From Escherichia phage 236Ecol005PP, in sequence record PP434423.1: a stretch of 64,000 bases of DNA; one strand, given 5' to 3'. Below the pieces are notes generated by a model that saw nothing but the letters and a program-made list of their open reading frames with translations, ran no database searches and was not told where the DNA came from. Positions 1-10,409 of the stretch are shown here, in pieces; position 1 is the stretch's first letter; every line of letters starts with the position of its first letter. The translations under genes and the position numbers were made by a program.

Positions 1-2178
1 TTAGGCCGCAAGGGCCTTCATAGTTTTAGCGATTTGGGAAACTTCATCATCACTTAAAGAGTTGCGATAACCGATAAAGTCGGAAACAATACGGAATTTC
101 TTGGTAAACTCAGCAACCATTTTATCACTGTTTTTTGAAGCATTATATGATAGTGTTTCAAAAAGATTAGTTACTGTCCAGATGTCATGACCGATGGTAC
201 CTTTTCCACCGTTGAAATATATACCCTGCAATGAACTGACCATATTACCAAGGCGAGTATATTCTTCAGAAACATTATCTGTACTAAAGTACTTCATCAT
301 AAAATCTAGTTCAGGATACTTAATAATTTTATCAATATATCGTTTAGCTGAACTTGAATAACCTACATACTTATCATAATCTACTGCATCAAAAGCATCT
401 ACATATAAATCACGTAGAGTTTCAAAAATACACTGGCACTGACCGAGTTCTTTTACCTTTTTCTGTAAAAGTGGACGAATAACATAAAATTCATTAATGC
501 CAATAAGATTAGCCATACGAGTCAAAATACTCGTAGACGGATTACAAAGCGATGTAGTACCATCCATAGAGAAAATATCAGAACGATGCATGTATGCTAC
601 ATAACCAGTAATTTCATCTGCTTCTGATGTGAGCGTAAACAATTCCTCTTTTTCCCAGCGCCCGTCTTTAATTTCAAACTTAAATGCAGTAGCAGCTTTA
701 GGACGAGGAGCTGCACTTTTTACTACCTTTGGAATATAACTTTTAACTAAAGCTTCGATTTCTGACAAATAATGAATGTTAACTTCATCACTTTCAAACA
801 TTGCCATAATATCAGGAAGCAAATCAATCTGCGATTCTACTTCTGGATTAATAAACAGAAGACGCTCATTGTGATGAATATTTAAAGTGTTATTAAATTC
901 ACTATCATCTAATGCACGTGCTAATCCACGGACAATATTAACGCGATTTTTAATATTATCAATAACAATATTAATTTTTGTCGTATTAATACCAAACAGA
1001 CGATAGCTTGACGCAACGGCTGAAGTTTCATGACTTTGTTTAATGCGTTTCAGTCGAGGGTCAAGATTTACTTCATACACAACCCCTGCATTGCATAACT
1101 TACTGTCAGGTTCAAACATGCTCTGCATCTTTTTATATGACAGATTTTTAGTCGTGAATTTGACTGAATTGCTAATCATATAATCTCGAGCAGAATATCC
1201 CATCTTCATCAATTCACGGTATGTATGACGAGGAGATGTAGATTCTTTAAATCGTTTTACATCTTCATTAAACGCCTTTTCACTGAGCTCTTTAACACGC
1301 TCAATAATATTTTTACGAGTACGATCATCCAGCGAAAGAGCCTCACGCGATGGAGCAATATCAAGTGAACCCATTGGAAACTTAATGTAATTCACTTCAT
1401 TACGAATGCTTAACCAGTTACGGTCTCTAATAACGCCATCAATAGGATAAACAATACCACCATAGATAGCATATAATCCACCACGATCTGGCCAGTATCT
1501 TTCTGGATTTACACCGTAATAGTCATCAAAATCCGGAAAATAATCAATTTCGCGGTCAAGACCATTAATGATAGCCAAATCTTTGAATGGTCGCATGATA
1601 TAAGAAACTTCATAAGCAAAGTTTCTAAAGTCTTTTTCTTCAACTGGAACTACGATTTCAATACCAGTTTTATCATCTGGACCCATTTCTTTTACGAATG
1701 TAGGTTTAATTTGCGGACCATCGCCATCCATGTAAGCTACATAACCACGAATTTCACCTTTATGGTATGAAGTAATACTAAACGTATCAGTATAACTAAA
1801 CGGAGATTTAGAACCTAAACCAAATCCGCCAATGAAATCGTTAGATTCAGCCTTAGATGAACTGAAGTATGAATTATACAAACCAGGAGAATTATCATCA
1901 CCCTGAATATCAAAATCACTCATACCCGGACCAAAATCTCGACAAACAAATCGTGGATCTAAACGTCCAGGAACTTGTATGATAAATTTTTCAGGATTTC
2001 CATTAAGAGCATGGGCATCAATCATGTTGGTAATCAATTCACGGACTACTGCGCGAATCTTGTTTGTATACAAATCAGATGACAGAATTTTAAATACTTT
2101 AGGAGACGCTGTGATGCTAAATGCTTTTGATTTAGAACCATTACCAAGAATTGTTTCTTTTTCAGTGGTGATAATCAT
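1..2178 (-). CDS. rIIA: rIIA protein (membrane-associated, GHKL-type ATPase-like N-terminus)
   Basis: 725-aa ORF, stop at 1-3; length and N-terminal sequence match recalled T-even rIIA. Confidence 0.9.
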   Translation of the reverse strand: MIITTEKETILGNGSKSKAFSITASPKVFKILSSDLYTNKIRAVVRELITNMIDAHALNGNPEKFIIQVPGRLDPRFVCRDFGPGMSDFDIQGDDNSPGLYNSYFSSSKAESNDFIGGFGLGSKSPFSYTDTFSITSYHKGEIRGYVAYMDGDGPQIKPTFVKEMGPDDKTGIEIVVPVEEKDFRNFAYEVSYIMRPFKDLAIINGLDREIDYFPDFDDYYGVNPERYWPDRGGLYAIYGGIVYPIDGVIRDRNWLSIRNEVNYIKFPMGSLDIAPSREALSLDDRTRKNIIERVKELSEKAFNEDVKRFKESTSPRHTYRELMKMGYSARDYMISNSVKFTTKNLSYKKMQSMFEPDSKLCNAGVVYEVNLDPRLKRIKQSHETSAVASSYRLFGINTTKINIVIDNIKNRVNIVRGLARALDDSEFNNTLNIHHNERLLFINPEVESQIDLLPDIMAMFESDEVNIHYLSEIEALVKSYIPKVVKSAAPRPKAATAFKFEIKDGRWEKEELFTLTSEADEITGYVAYMHRSDIFSMDGTTSLCNPSTSILTRMANLIGINEFYVIRPLLQKKVKELGQCQCIFETLRDLYVDAFDAVDYDKYVGYSSSAKRYIDKIIKYPELDFMMKYFSTDNVSEEYTRLGNMVSSLQGIYFNGGKGTIGHDIWTVTNLFETLSYNASKNSDKMVAEFTKKFRIVSDFIGYRNSLSDDEVSQIAKTMKALAA

Positions 2179-2188
2179 AATTTCCTCA

Positions 2189-2392
2189 TTAATTCATATT
2201 GCGTTTAATAACTTCAGCAACTTCTAGTAGTTCATCTTTAGTTGCGGTGTCGGATTGAATTTTATCTCTAATATCCTTAAAGCGGTTTTTAAACTCTTCG
2301 GCTTCTCCCATATCGAAAAAGCGCTGAATGATTCTATATTCTCGATGAACTGCTTTATCAAAAAGTTCTAAATTTACTTTATATGATTTCAT
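2189..2392 (-). CDS. small hypothetical protein (rIIA.1 position)
   Basis: 67-aa ORF immediately upstream of rIIA, preceded by early promoter. Confidence 0.55.
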   Translation of the reverse strand: MKSYKVNLELFDKAVHREYRIIQRFFDMGEAEEFKNRFKDIRDKIQSDTATKDELLEVAEVIKRNMN

Positions 2393-2414
2393 TTCAATAT
2401 CCTCATTTGCCCAA

Positions 2415-2450
2415 TTAATTATACCACATCCTTGTGGTAAAGTAAACTAC
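2415..2450 (-). promoter_or_regulatory. T4-type early promoter (minus-strand GTTTAC -35, ~18 bp spacer, TATAAT -10)
   Basis: plus gtaaac at 2442-2447 and attata at 2418-2423; palindromic spacer ccacaaggatgtgg. Confidence 0.55.
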
Positions 2451-4264
2451 TGTCTCATCCATTCTTTACGAAGGTCAGCATTATCTCCCATGAGCATTTC
2501 AAAAAGCTCTTTCCAATTCTCAGGAAGTTTAACAACATCATATACTGGATTTTGAATCATCTCACGATATTCAGATTTTTCCAGAGAGCCAAGTCCCTTA
2601 ATATAACGGATGCTATGTTTAGGTAGAGCATCTTTGGCACTCTCATATTCAGCGACTGTATAAAACCATTCTTGTTTTTTACCGACCTGAGCGATGATTA
2701 CAGGAGTTTTGACAAAGCGAATTCTTCCTTGTTCAAACAGTTCTGGCCAATTACTAAAAAATCCGAGCAGAGAAGGATAAATGCTTCCTAGACCATCATG
2801 GTCAGCATCGGTCATAATAGCAATATTATGATAATTCAAGTTTTCAGCCTTTTCACCAAGAACTAATCCAGTGATTGCGCAAATATCAAACAGTTCTTTG
2901 TTTTTAAGCATATCAGCATATGACATACCCCAACTGTTAAGAACTTTACCGCGCAATGGATAACCACCATGAAGTTCTTTATCACGAACATCAATAAGAT
3001 ATCCAATAGCCGAATCACCCTCAGTCAAGAAAAGAGTAGTGTCAGCATCTTTACCACAAAGATTCGCTTTAATATGTTTATGAACCTTAGCTTTAGAAAC
3101 CTTTTTAGCTGCTTTAGTTTCTGCTGCTTTTTCTGCCGCCAATTTACGAGCCAAGGCAGCTTCAATAATCGGCATTAAAATTGCTTCATTATTTAGAATA
3201 GCACGTGAAATCTTTTTAGCATCAAGCTGAATATGACTACGGATTTCACCAAATGGAGAAGTCAAACGCTCTTTAGTTTGAGAATCAAATCGCATGTTTT
3301 TCATATCACGAACAAACATAACGATAGTCAAACATTCTTTAACACGTGCTTTAGTTACATCAATTTTGAACTTGCGTTTGATTTGTGGAATAAGGTCTTC
3401 ACAAATATCATCCATAACACAGTCAATGTGATGGCCACCATTCTTAGTATGAATGTTATTGACGTACGTCAACTGACGAAAACCATCAGGTGAACGACCA
3501 ACCGCAATAGAACAATTTTCTTGTTCTTGAACGATAGCATGTTCATCATACTGCCGTGCATATTTCTTAAAATTACCCTGAACTTTTTTACCATTAAAGG
3601 TAAATTGAATATCAGGATAAACTACTGCAAGTGTCTGGAGACGATCTAATGTAATGTCAAGATAAACCTGAGATAGCTCATTAGTTTCAAATGACATAAA
3701 ATCAGGAATGAAAGTAACGCGAGTTCCTTTCCATTTTCCAGGAATATCTTCCCATGATTTATTTTCCATGCCATTTGAACAACGAACTACAATATTATTT
3801 TGACCATCACCAGTTTCACCAACAAACATCACAGAAAAAATGTTTGTCAAACTAGAACCAACACCATTCATACCGCCAGTGACGCGTTCTTTATCATCAC
3901 CGAAGTTACCACCTGCTTTTGGAATAGTCCATGCAGCAACAGGACCAGGAATTTCTTCGCCGGTAGGTGTTTTAACCATCGCCTGTGGAATACCGCGACC
4001 GTTATCTTCAACTGTTACTTGATTGTTTTTAATAGTAACATTAATTTTATTTGCGAATTTAAACTTAGTACGAATACCTTCATCTACTGAGTTATCGATA
4101 ATTTCATCAATAAGCTTAACAAGACCAGGTACATACTGAACACTTTCCCATTTACCAAACAGAAAGCGCTCATGCATTTCATTAGCTGAAGAGCCAATGT
4201 ACATGCCGCTACGCTTTTTGATATGTTCAATATCGCTCAGAATTTTAATTTCATTCTTAATCAT
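2447..4264 (-). CDS. 39: DNA topoisomerase II large subunit, GyrB-like ATPase plus Toprim in one uninterrupted ORF
   Basis: 605 aa from ATG at 4264 (GAGGA SD 6 nt upstream); ELVDNSVDE-like ATPase motif and LTEGDSA Toprim motif. Confidence 0.9.
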   Translation of the reverse strand: MIKNEIKILSDIEHIKKRSGMYIGSSANEMHERFLFGKWESVQYVPGLVKLIDEIIDNSVDEGIRTKFKFANKINVTIKNNQVTVEDNGRGIPQAMVKTPTGEEIPGPVAAWTIPKAGGNFGDDKERVTGGMNGVGSSLTNIFSVMFVGETGDGQNNIVVRCSNGMENKSWEDIPGKWKGTRVTFIPDFMSFETNELSQVYLDITLDRLQTLAVVYPDIQFTFNGKKVQGNFKKYARQYDEHAIVQEQENCSIAVGRSPDGFRQLTYVNNIHTKNGGHHIDCVMDDICEDLIPQIKRKFKIDVTKARVKECLTIVMFVRDMKNMRFDSQTKERLTSPFGEIRSHIQLDAKKISRAILNNEAILMPIIEAALARKLAAEKAAETKAAKKVSKAKVHKHIKANLCGKDADTTLFLTEGDSAIGYLIDVRDKELHGGYPLRGKVLNSWGMSYADMLKNKELFDICAITGLVLGEKAENLNYHNIAIMTDADHDGLGSIYPSLLGFFSNWPELFEQGRIRFVKTPVIIAQVGKKQEWFYTVAEYESAKDALPKHSIRYIKGLGSLEKSEYREMIQNPVYDVVKLPENWKELFEMLMGDNADLRKEWMRQ

Positions 4265-4316
4265 CACTTATCCTCGTTTGGTTTCGGGAATATTATACTC
4301 CAATAATCATAAAGCT

Positions 4317-4334
4317 AAAGGCCCGAAGGCCTTT
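4317..4334 (-). terminator. UUCG-tetraloop hairpin (terminator-like)
   Basis: aaaggcc-cgaa-ggccttt palindrome; U-rich 3' flank on minus strand. Confidence 0.45.
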
Positions 4335-4606
4335 TATTTAAAACGAATAGTTGAATCCTTAAAGAACAGCCCAGAACATACAGTTCCTTCTACTTTCTGC
4401 CCGGTAGGTCCAATAGCACGAAATCCAGTGTGTTGGAAATCATTTTCAGAGCAACCGAACCAATTATATCCAGTGATTTCAATATTAGTAAAACCACTTG
4501 AAGACAAAACTTTGGTTGCATTATCAGCATCAGTACATCCTATTAAAGACACTGCTAATACTAATGCTGCGATAGAACGATTAACATATTTCATAATTTC
4601 ACTCAA
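4334..4606 (-). CDS. putative secreted/lipoprotein
   Basis: 90-aa ORF with hydrophobic signal-like N-terminus followed by Cys (LIGC). Confidence 0.5.
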   Translation of the reverse strand: MSEIMKYVNRSIAALVLAVSLIGCTDADNATKVLSSSGFTNIEITGYNWFGCSENDFQHTGFRAIGPTGQKVEGTVCSGLFFKDSTIRFK

Positions 4607-4970
4607 ATTTAATGGCTTGAAGCAGACTAATAACTCTCAAGCGACTTCTTTCATCTTTAACTGTAAAGGAAAGAGGGTCACCAGATTTCATAGTGATAGT
4701 GCATCCAAAATCAAAATTTTCGGGAACTTCTTCGAAGAAGTCAAATTCTTCAGCATAAATTAGAACATTACTCTGCATACTGTGAAGAATTTTTCCGTCA
4801 TTTCCAGATGCTGTACTAATCATCGTAACATTATGACCTTTCATATCTTCAACGATAAATTCGCTTGTAGATATTACAGCATTAATAGAACCATTCCTAT
4901 AAATAGCAGACATTAGATATTTCTTTTCTTCGCCTTCGCGAATACGATATTTCTTACCGATTTTAAACAT
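4599..4970 (-). CDS. hypothetical protein
   Basis: ORF-track ORF; ATG at 4970 is third codon of the GTG-initiated track ORF. Confidence 0.5.
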   Translation of the reverse strand: MFKIGKKYRIREGEEKKYLMSAIYRNGSINAVISTSEFIVEDMKGHNVTMISTASGNDGKILHSMQSNVLIYAEEFDFFEEVPENFDFGCTITMKSGDPLSFTVKDERSRLRVISLLQAIKFE

Positions 4971-4973
4971 AAT

Positions 4974-5149
4974 CACCCTTTAAGTAAGTCGTAAAATCCA
5001 CCATTCACATGCTTAGGAGCGGAAACTAACCGAATAGCAATCCGATGACAATCAGGACATACATCAGTATCCCTTTCAGAAATTTTCTTGATTTTTTCGT
5101 ATTCTTTTGCACAGTCTTTGGATTGACATTTATAATCATAAAGAGGCAT
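4974..5149 (-). CDS. small zinc-ribbon protein (CxxC...CxxC), below the 60-aa track cutoff
   Basis: hand translation MPLYDYKCQSKDCAKEYEKIKKISERDTDVCPDCHRIAIRLVSAPKHVNGGFYDLLKG; fills otherwise empty gap. Confidence 0.4.
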
Positions 5150-5151
5150 AA

Positions 5152-5571
5152 TTATTCCTTAAAGTGAGCTTTCAACATCTGATACAAAGACCATGCTTGT
5201 TCATTATTTTCAATAGTAACTTTCATTACCGGGAATTCTGTGAAATCTTCTATTTGTTCTTGCTCTTCCTGCTCTTGTTCTTCAGCAGCCTGATATGGAT
5301 TTTCAACTTCATCAAAGAACCCAGCTTCGTTAGTAGAGAGCCAGATAAAGTTTTCATCAAGGATATCACCGCCGGCACAACGTTTGAGTACACCTATGGA
5401 TGTCATAATTTTAGTAGGACGCCCAAGATAATCAGCATCTAAAATTTTAAAAGGCTCCATACCTAAACGTCGTGCATAGATTCCGTTATCAGTATGGTCT
5501 TTAATAAAATTTTCTTGAGCTTGTTTATTTTTAAATTGATACCATTTATTAACTTCAAATTTAATAGTCAT
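5152..5571 (-). CDS. hypothetical acidic protein (goF-like position and size)
   Basis: 139-aa ORF with [10 protein letters not shown] acidic stretch; name by position only. Confidence 0.5.
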   Translation of the reverse strand: MTIKFEVNKWYQFKNKQAQENFIKDHTDNGIYARRLGMEPFKILDADYLGRPTKIMTSIGVLKRCAGGDILDENFIWLSTNEAGFFDEVENPYQAAEEQEQEEQEQIEDFTEFPVMKVTIENNEQAWSLYQMLKAHFKE

Positions 5572-5786
5572 TAATAAATTTCCTTCCAGTAAGTTGTGCC
5601 ATCTTCAGTAATTTCACGAAATACACCGTAAATTGGCTGTTTATCGCCGACTTTCTCATACACATAAACAGAAGTCAAGTGAGTAAACTTGCTAGTATGT
5701 TCCTTTTGAACTACTACCAAATCTGGATCGAATAATACATCTTCAAATTCGTCATTAGTGCAGTTCTGAACAGTTTTACGTTTCAT
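5571..5786 (-). CDS. hypothetical protein (cef-like position and size)
   Basis: 71-aa ORF, start overlaps downstream gene (ATGA). Confidence 0.45.
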   Translation of the reverse strand: MKRKTVQNCTNDEFEDVLFDPDLVVVQKEHTSKFTHLTSVYVYEKVGDKQPIYGVFREITEDGTTYWKEIY

Positions 5787-5799
5787 TACAATTTCCTCA

Positions 5800-6081
5800 T
5801 TAATTGAACAGTGGAGCGATGCGTTTCAGAAGAGTAGCAGCACCTTTGGCGAATTTTACATCATGAAAAACAGTTTCTTCTTCTGTTACAACACGAACTT
5901 TAATGTTTTCACAATCCCAATTTTTGCGAACAATCTTCAAAAGCTGCAGTAAATCTTTACATTCAGCAATATCGATAACACATCCACGAGAATCTTCCAT
6001 TATCGCACGATAACCATAAGCCATACTATAATCGTTGAAAGACTGTTCGATGATAATTAAGTTTTCCATTTTATTCTCCAA
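5800..6081 (-). CDS. hypothetical protein
   Basis: 93-aa ORF with GGAG SD; conserved early leader TTGGAGAATAAAATG. Confidence 0.5.
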   Translation of the reverse strand: MENKMENLIIIEQSFNDYSMAYGYRAIMEDSRGCVIDIAECKDLLQLLKIVRKNWDCENIKVRVVTEEETVFHDVKFAKGAATLLKRIAPLFN

Positions 6082-6166
6082 GTTGTTTTCTGTATCAGTA
6101 GTTGATATTGATATAGTACCATAATCAACTACTGATGTATATAGTTTTATGAAAAAATTTTAAACT

Positions 6167-6655
6167 TTATGCATAGAGAGCTTTGCTATAGTGTTTAATC
6201 CAGCTTTCAGGAATGACTTTGTATGTTCCTAAAAATACCACATTATACAGCTTAACACCGTCTTCTACCCACTGATCGGTAATGTATGCGCACATAGCGC
6301 GAGTATAAACAGCCACACCATCATCTTTGATAAATTTAAATTCACAGGGAGCAATGAACTTAATAGCCTGACCGAGTTTCCACTTAAAGTCTACACCTAC
6401 ATGCGAAGTATCAATCGTTTCAATTCCTTTAGCAGGAACAGCTTTCAAAAACGCAGACTCAAGAAATTTCGCACGAACATAGCCAAACTGAGGTTTAGAC
6501 TTTCCATCTTTAGGAATGATACGCACTTTTACTTCAGAATCTTCGTCTTTAACACCACATTTAAGCTGAATGCTTACAATTTCAACCAATTTTCCTGCTG
6601 CTTTAGAACGGGATTTATCAGATACACGAGCAATTTCACCAATATTAATAATCAT
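6167..6655 (-). CDS. motB: MotB-like protein
   Basis: 162-aa ORF matching recalled T4 motB size and position. Confidence 0.5.
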   Translation of the reverse strand: MIINIGEIARVSDKSRSKAAGKLVEIVSIQLKCGVKDEDSEVKVRIIPKDGKSKPQFGYVRAKFLESAFLKAVPAKGIETIDTSHVGVDFKWKLGQAIKFIAPCEFKFIKDDGVAVYTRAMCAYITDQWVEDGVKLYNVVFLGTYKVIPESWIKHYSKALYA

Positions 6656-6731
6656 AGTTATCTCTCACTTGTTAAAAAGATTTTATACTCCACGGGACCA
6701 TTATACTCTGGTCCCAAGAGTTTGTAAACTA

Positions 6732-7271
6732 TTAATTCAAAATAGCTACCACTGCACTACGAGGTACTACGCTAAAATCGCCTGCATGAACAACGTTCAG
6801 AAGTTCAACACCATCTTCAATCCATTGGTCAGTTACCCAACCACAGACCGAAATAAATGGGGTCTTAATAGCTACTGCACGAGTCAAAAGGTCAGTAGGA
6901 TCAACTTCTTTGAAGAGGATAAGCTCTGCTTCAAAGACTATAGTTTTAATTACTTCATCATTATCTAAGCGTTGTGCTCGAATCACGTAAGCTTTATTCT
7001 TATCATGCCAGTTACTTTTTGAAAAGCTTTTAACCACAAACTCGCCTTCACCAAAAACATTAGTCAATGCTTTATAACCCAAATTTAGTTCAGTAGTTTT
7101 AATTTCAGTTTCAACCAGTTTATAGGTTTTGCCGATTTCAATAGCGGTAGTCATAGTAGGTTCCTTAATTTCCAGTGGTTTAACAGGGCATACATAAGTG
7201 CTTACAACATCAAAATCAATCAGTTTAGCTACCGGATTTGGTGTGTATTCAGGATTATAATTAAATTTCAT
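6732..7271 (-). CDS. MotB paralog (shared C-terminal TDQW(I/V)EDGV(E/K)L(L/Y)NVV motif)
   Basis: 179-aa ORF; C-terminal motif shared with 6167-6655. Confidence 0.5.
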   Translation of the reverse strand: MKFNYNPEYTPNPVAKLIDFDVVSTYVCPVKPLEIKEPTMTTAIEIGKTYKLVETEIKTTELNLGYKALTNVFGEGEFVVKSFSKSNWHDKNKAYVIRAQRLDNDEVIKTIVFEAELILFKEVDPTDLLTRAVAIKTPFISVCGWVTDQWIEDGVELLNVVHAGDFSVVPRSAVVAILN

Positions 7272-7273
7272 AA

Positions 7274-7774
7274 TTATCTCATTTCAATAAAATCTATGAG
7301 TTCAGCATGCGATTTGCGGAACATTACTTGGTGCCCGCCAATGATAACTTCATCTTCAGGAACTTCGTATACAGCGAGATAAAATCCTTTAGAAGATAAT
7401 TCTTCCCGCTCTTCTCGTGTGAACCATCTCATCATATCATATTCACTAGCGAAAGCAAAATGATAAAGAGCTATAAACCATCCTGGAATATGATATTCTA
7501 CTCCAACATAATCTTTCTTGAACTTAGTATTAATTAATATATTAGCGTTTTTAACTAATAGTTTATCTTCGTGTGGTAAAGGAATTCTTTTATTATTATC
7601 ACTATGATGCATAAAATTAGGTCTATCATAACCTACGTGTAATAACCACTCTTCGCTCCATGAATCTATTATACTCCTGTACGGCGTTATTTGAACACAA
7701 AGATTTCGACGTATTGTTATAGCATCTTCATAATTAAGAATACTAAAAGATGATTCAACACGATAAATTTTCAT
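7274..7774 (-). CDS. hypothetical protein
   Basis: track ORF trimmed to ATG at 7774 (MKIYRVESS, SD GAGGA) because an early promoter lies inside the longer ORF. Confidence 0.45.
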   Translation of the reverse strand: MKIYRVESSFSILNYEDAITIRRNLCVQITPYRSIIDSWSEEWLLHVGYDRPNFMHHSDNNKRIPLPHEDKLLVKNANILINTKFKKDYVGVEYHIPGWFIALYHFAFASEYDMMRWFTREEREELSSKGFYLAVYEVPEDEVIIGGHQVMFRKSHAELIDFIEMR

Positions 7775-7799
7775 TTTATTATCCTCAGTAGCTATGGTG

Positions 7800-7832
7800 T
7801 TATAATACCACAACTAACCGAGGAAGTAAACA
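7800..7832 (-). promoter_or_regulatory. T4-type early promoter
   Basis: plus gtaaac 7826-7831, ataata 7802-7807. Confidence 0.45.
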
Positions 7833-7837
7833 ACTTT

Positions 7838-8521
7838 TTATCGTTTTGTTGGAAGAGAAAGAGGATCGCACTCTTCCTCTGATGGAGCATCTTCAAGACC
7901 CATAGCATATCGCAAAGCATACTTCATCATCAGGATGTCTTTCGCACAGTCATGAATAGAATCATGTGCAACGAATCCATCTAAAGTTCCCTTTGGAAGA
8001 GGACATGTGGTCATATCACGAACAAGCAGAAGTGCTTCAATTCTGGTACGAATATCACGCTGATTCCAGAATTTACATGGTTCTAACTTAAATGTGTCAA
8101 GTTCATTCTCAGAAACGCCATTAAGACGTTGAATATCGCGAATGAGATCGATTAAAATTGGAAAATCAAACGACATTCCACGGCACCAGCCTTGAGATTT
8201 CCAAGGATCGATGTTATGTGCATTGATGTAATCATTAAATTTTACAATACCATCGATAGTGCTTACATCTTCATCTGATGGTGCAATATTTTTTCGAGCT
8301 TCAGGAGATTGATTTTTCCACCATTCGATAGTGCTTTTAGTAAAAAGACGATGTCCTTTTTGGCTTTTTAAATCAAACTTGATTTTAATGCCGCGTGAAA
8401 CTAATTCATCGAATGTTTCAACTACTTCTGGGTTAGGGTCAAAGGCAATAACAGCCAAATCAATAACAGCTGCCTTTTCACCGCTTCCCATTGTTTCAAA
8501 ATCTATAATAAAATCAAACAT
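7838..8521 (-). CDS. dexA: exonuclease A (DnaQ-like 3'-5' exonuclease)
   Basis: FIIDFETMG exonuclease motif; 227 aa from internal ATG matches recalled DexA length. Confidence 0.8.
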   Translation of the reverse strand: MFDFIIDFETMGSGEKAAVIDLAVIAFDPNPEVVETFDELVSRGIKIKFDLKSQKGHRLFTKSTIEWWKNQSPEARKNIAPSDEDVSTIDGIVKFNDYINAHNIDPWKSQGWCRGMSFDFPILIDLIRDIQRLNGVSENELDTFKLEPCKFWNQRDIRTRIEALLLVRDMTTCPLPKGTLDGFVAHDSIHDCAKDILMMKYALRYAMGLEDAPSEEECDPLSLPTKR

Positions 8522-8774
8522 TAATAATCGCCTTATAAAGATGGCTAATTTCACCTAAAATATAATCACTGATTGTAACAGTTTTCACTCTACCGCAAAA
8601 GAATTCTAACGCAGTCAAATCTCGTTCAATTTCTTCCAATTGAAGCATTAACTTACTAGACTCAATTTTTACAGTTTCATAATTTTTACTGTAAGATATT
8701 TCATAAATTTCGCTTACTTTATCTTGAAGCAGATAAAACTGGTCTTTAGTTATTTCCACGAATAGCTTCCTCAA
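8514..8774 (-). CDS. hypothetical protein (dexA.1 position)
   Basis: 86-aa ORF. Confidence 0.45.
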   Translation of the reverse strand: MRKLFVEITKDQFYLLQDKVSEIYEISYSKNYETVKIESSKLMLQLEEIERDLTALEFFCGRVKTVTISDYILGEISHLYKAIINV

Positions 8775-8780
8775 ATTTAA

Positions 8781-10100
8781 TCATACGTAAAACACATCAT
8801 AACGACCACGAGTGACACCAACATAAAGAAGCTGCTGAGCCAATTCAGCGTCTGCATAATGAATACAAGGCGTATAGATAAAAGCACGGTCTACAGACAT
8901 GCCCTGAGCTTTATGGAATGTTGATGCAGGAAGTGCTTTCACTTTACTAAACTGCGATTTAGCATCCCAAAAATCACTCCACGGAGCTTTTCCACCTTTA
9001 TTCCAATTTTTATAAGTTTCTGCCGTTTTACCTAAAAATAGGTTAAATTTATACAGCTCTTCATCAGATGAAATTATTTTAATCTTTTCACGATAATATT
9101 CATCATCGCCGTAAGTTTCTACTGTTAAATCCCAATGACGAATTAGATATTCTCCAGAAACACCACGAGCTTTAACAAATGTTGATGTATACTCTGCTTC
9201 TATAATACGAACTAATTGTCCGTTATTAAAAATAATTTCTGACACAGGCTTTCCATCAATTTTATATGTTTTAATTAATGGTTCCTGCATTACAATAATT
9301 TCACCAACGATAAAATCTTTATCAGTTTCAAAAATCTTTTTACGAATAATGCTATTTAACTTGTCAACAGATTTATTCGTAAATGCCATTACACGATTTT
9401 CAAACAAATCATCTAGTGATTTTACGATTGAAAAATAATTTACCATAAAATCGCGTAAAGCGGTATCACCAGTAAATCCACGTACTCCATGTCCGTCAAC
9501 AATTTTATCATAAATCCACTTACCATTACGAACATCAGTAGCTACATCAATAATAGGAGCATTACTGCGTTTAACTTCAGTGAGTTCACACTGATAAAAA
9601 TCTTTGTGCGTAAAGAATGGACTGATATAAGCAGTGTTTTCTCCTGGGTCAACAGGTCTAATTTGCTTATTATCGCCTATTCCAATTATAGTACACCAAG
9701 GTGGAATAGTTGAAAGCAGAATTTTAAATAGCTTTCTATCATACATTGATACTTCGTCGCAGATTAATACTCTGCATTTAGCCAAATCCGGTACTTCTTT
9801 TTGCTCAAAAAGAACATTTTCTTCGTATGTTACTGGGTTAATTTTAAGAATACTGTGAATAGTACTCGCTTCTTTCCCTGATAGTTTTGAAAGAATCTTT
9901 TTAGCTGCATGTGTAGGAGCTGCTAAAATAATGCCAGTTTCGCCCGTAGATATTAAGGCTTCAATGATGAATTTAGTAAGAGTAGTCTTACCAGTACCGG
10001 CAGGTCCATTAATAGTTACATGATGTTTCTTTTCTTTGATAGCCCTCATAACGATGTTAAAGGCATTTTTCTGGCCTTCGGTCAAATCATCAAATGTCAT
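8781..10100 (-). CDS. dda: Dda DNA helicase (SF1)
   Basis: 439 aa; Walker A GPAGTGKT and SF1 helicase motifs. Confidence 0.9.
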   Translation of the reverse strand: MTFDDLTEGQKNAFNIVMRAIKEKKHHVTINGPAGTGKTTLTKFIIEALISTGETGIILAAPTHAAKKILSKLSGKEASTIHSILKINPVTYEENVLFEQKEVPDLAKCRVLICDEVSMYDRKLFKILLSTIPPWCTIIGIGDNKQIRPVDPGENTAYISPFFTHKDFYQCELTEVKRSNAPIIDVATDVRNGKWIYDKIVDGHGVRGFTGDTALRDFMVNYFSIVKSLDDLFENRVMAFTNKSVDKLNSIIRKKIFETDKDFIVGEIIVMQEPLIKTYKIDGKPVSEIIFNNGQLVRIIEAEYTSTFVKARGVSGEYLIRHWDLTVETYGDDEYYREKIKIISSDEELYKFNLFLGKTAETYKNWNKGGKAPWSDFWDAKSQFSKVKALPASTFHKAQGMSVDRAFIYTPCIHYADAELAQQLLYVGVTRGRYDVFYV

Positions 10101-10408
10101 CGTAAATTCCCTGCAATTGGTATACTAACAATACGCCCAGTATCTAAAATTCGCCGATATAATCTTTGCGTGTCTACATCAGGCTTAACATGTTTAACTT
10201 CTATTTTATTAAACCAAAACTTGCGTGGAGTCTCAACTAATCTCGGAATTCCCATACCTAAAGCTAGTTTATATTGGTCTTTGAGAGTAGTAAAAACTCT
10301 ATCAGCAATCTCCCTTTCAAAAAATACAGCAGGACGATGTTCATCAAGAGGAACAGGCACCGCAAATCCATCTTTATCTCTATACACTATCGCATATACA
10401 TGAAACAT
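10097..10408 (-). CDS. hypothetical protein (dda.1 position)
   Basis: 103-aa ORF. Confidence 0.45.
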   Translation of the reverse strand: MFHVYAIVYRDKDGFAVPVPLDEHRPAVFFEREIADRVFTTLKDQYKLALGMGIPRLVETPRKFWFNKIEVKHVKPDVDTQRLYRRILDTGRIVSIPIAGNLR

Positions 10409-10409
10409 A

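Noticed and set aside
1979-2227. Plus-strand ORFs inside rIIA and gene 39 (also 2969-3178, 3233-3493, 3800-4090, 3840-4022)
   Set aside because: Lie entirely inside well-supported minus-strand genes; no SD; typical antisense shadow ORFs of an AT-rich genome.
4197-4763. 188-aa plus-strand ORF
   Set aside because: Overlaps the start of gene 39 and two minus-strand ORFs; no RBS; likely a shadow ORF.
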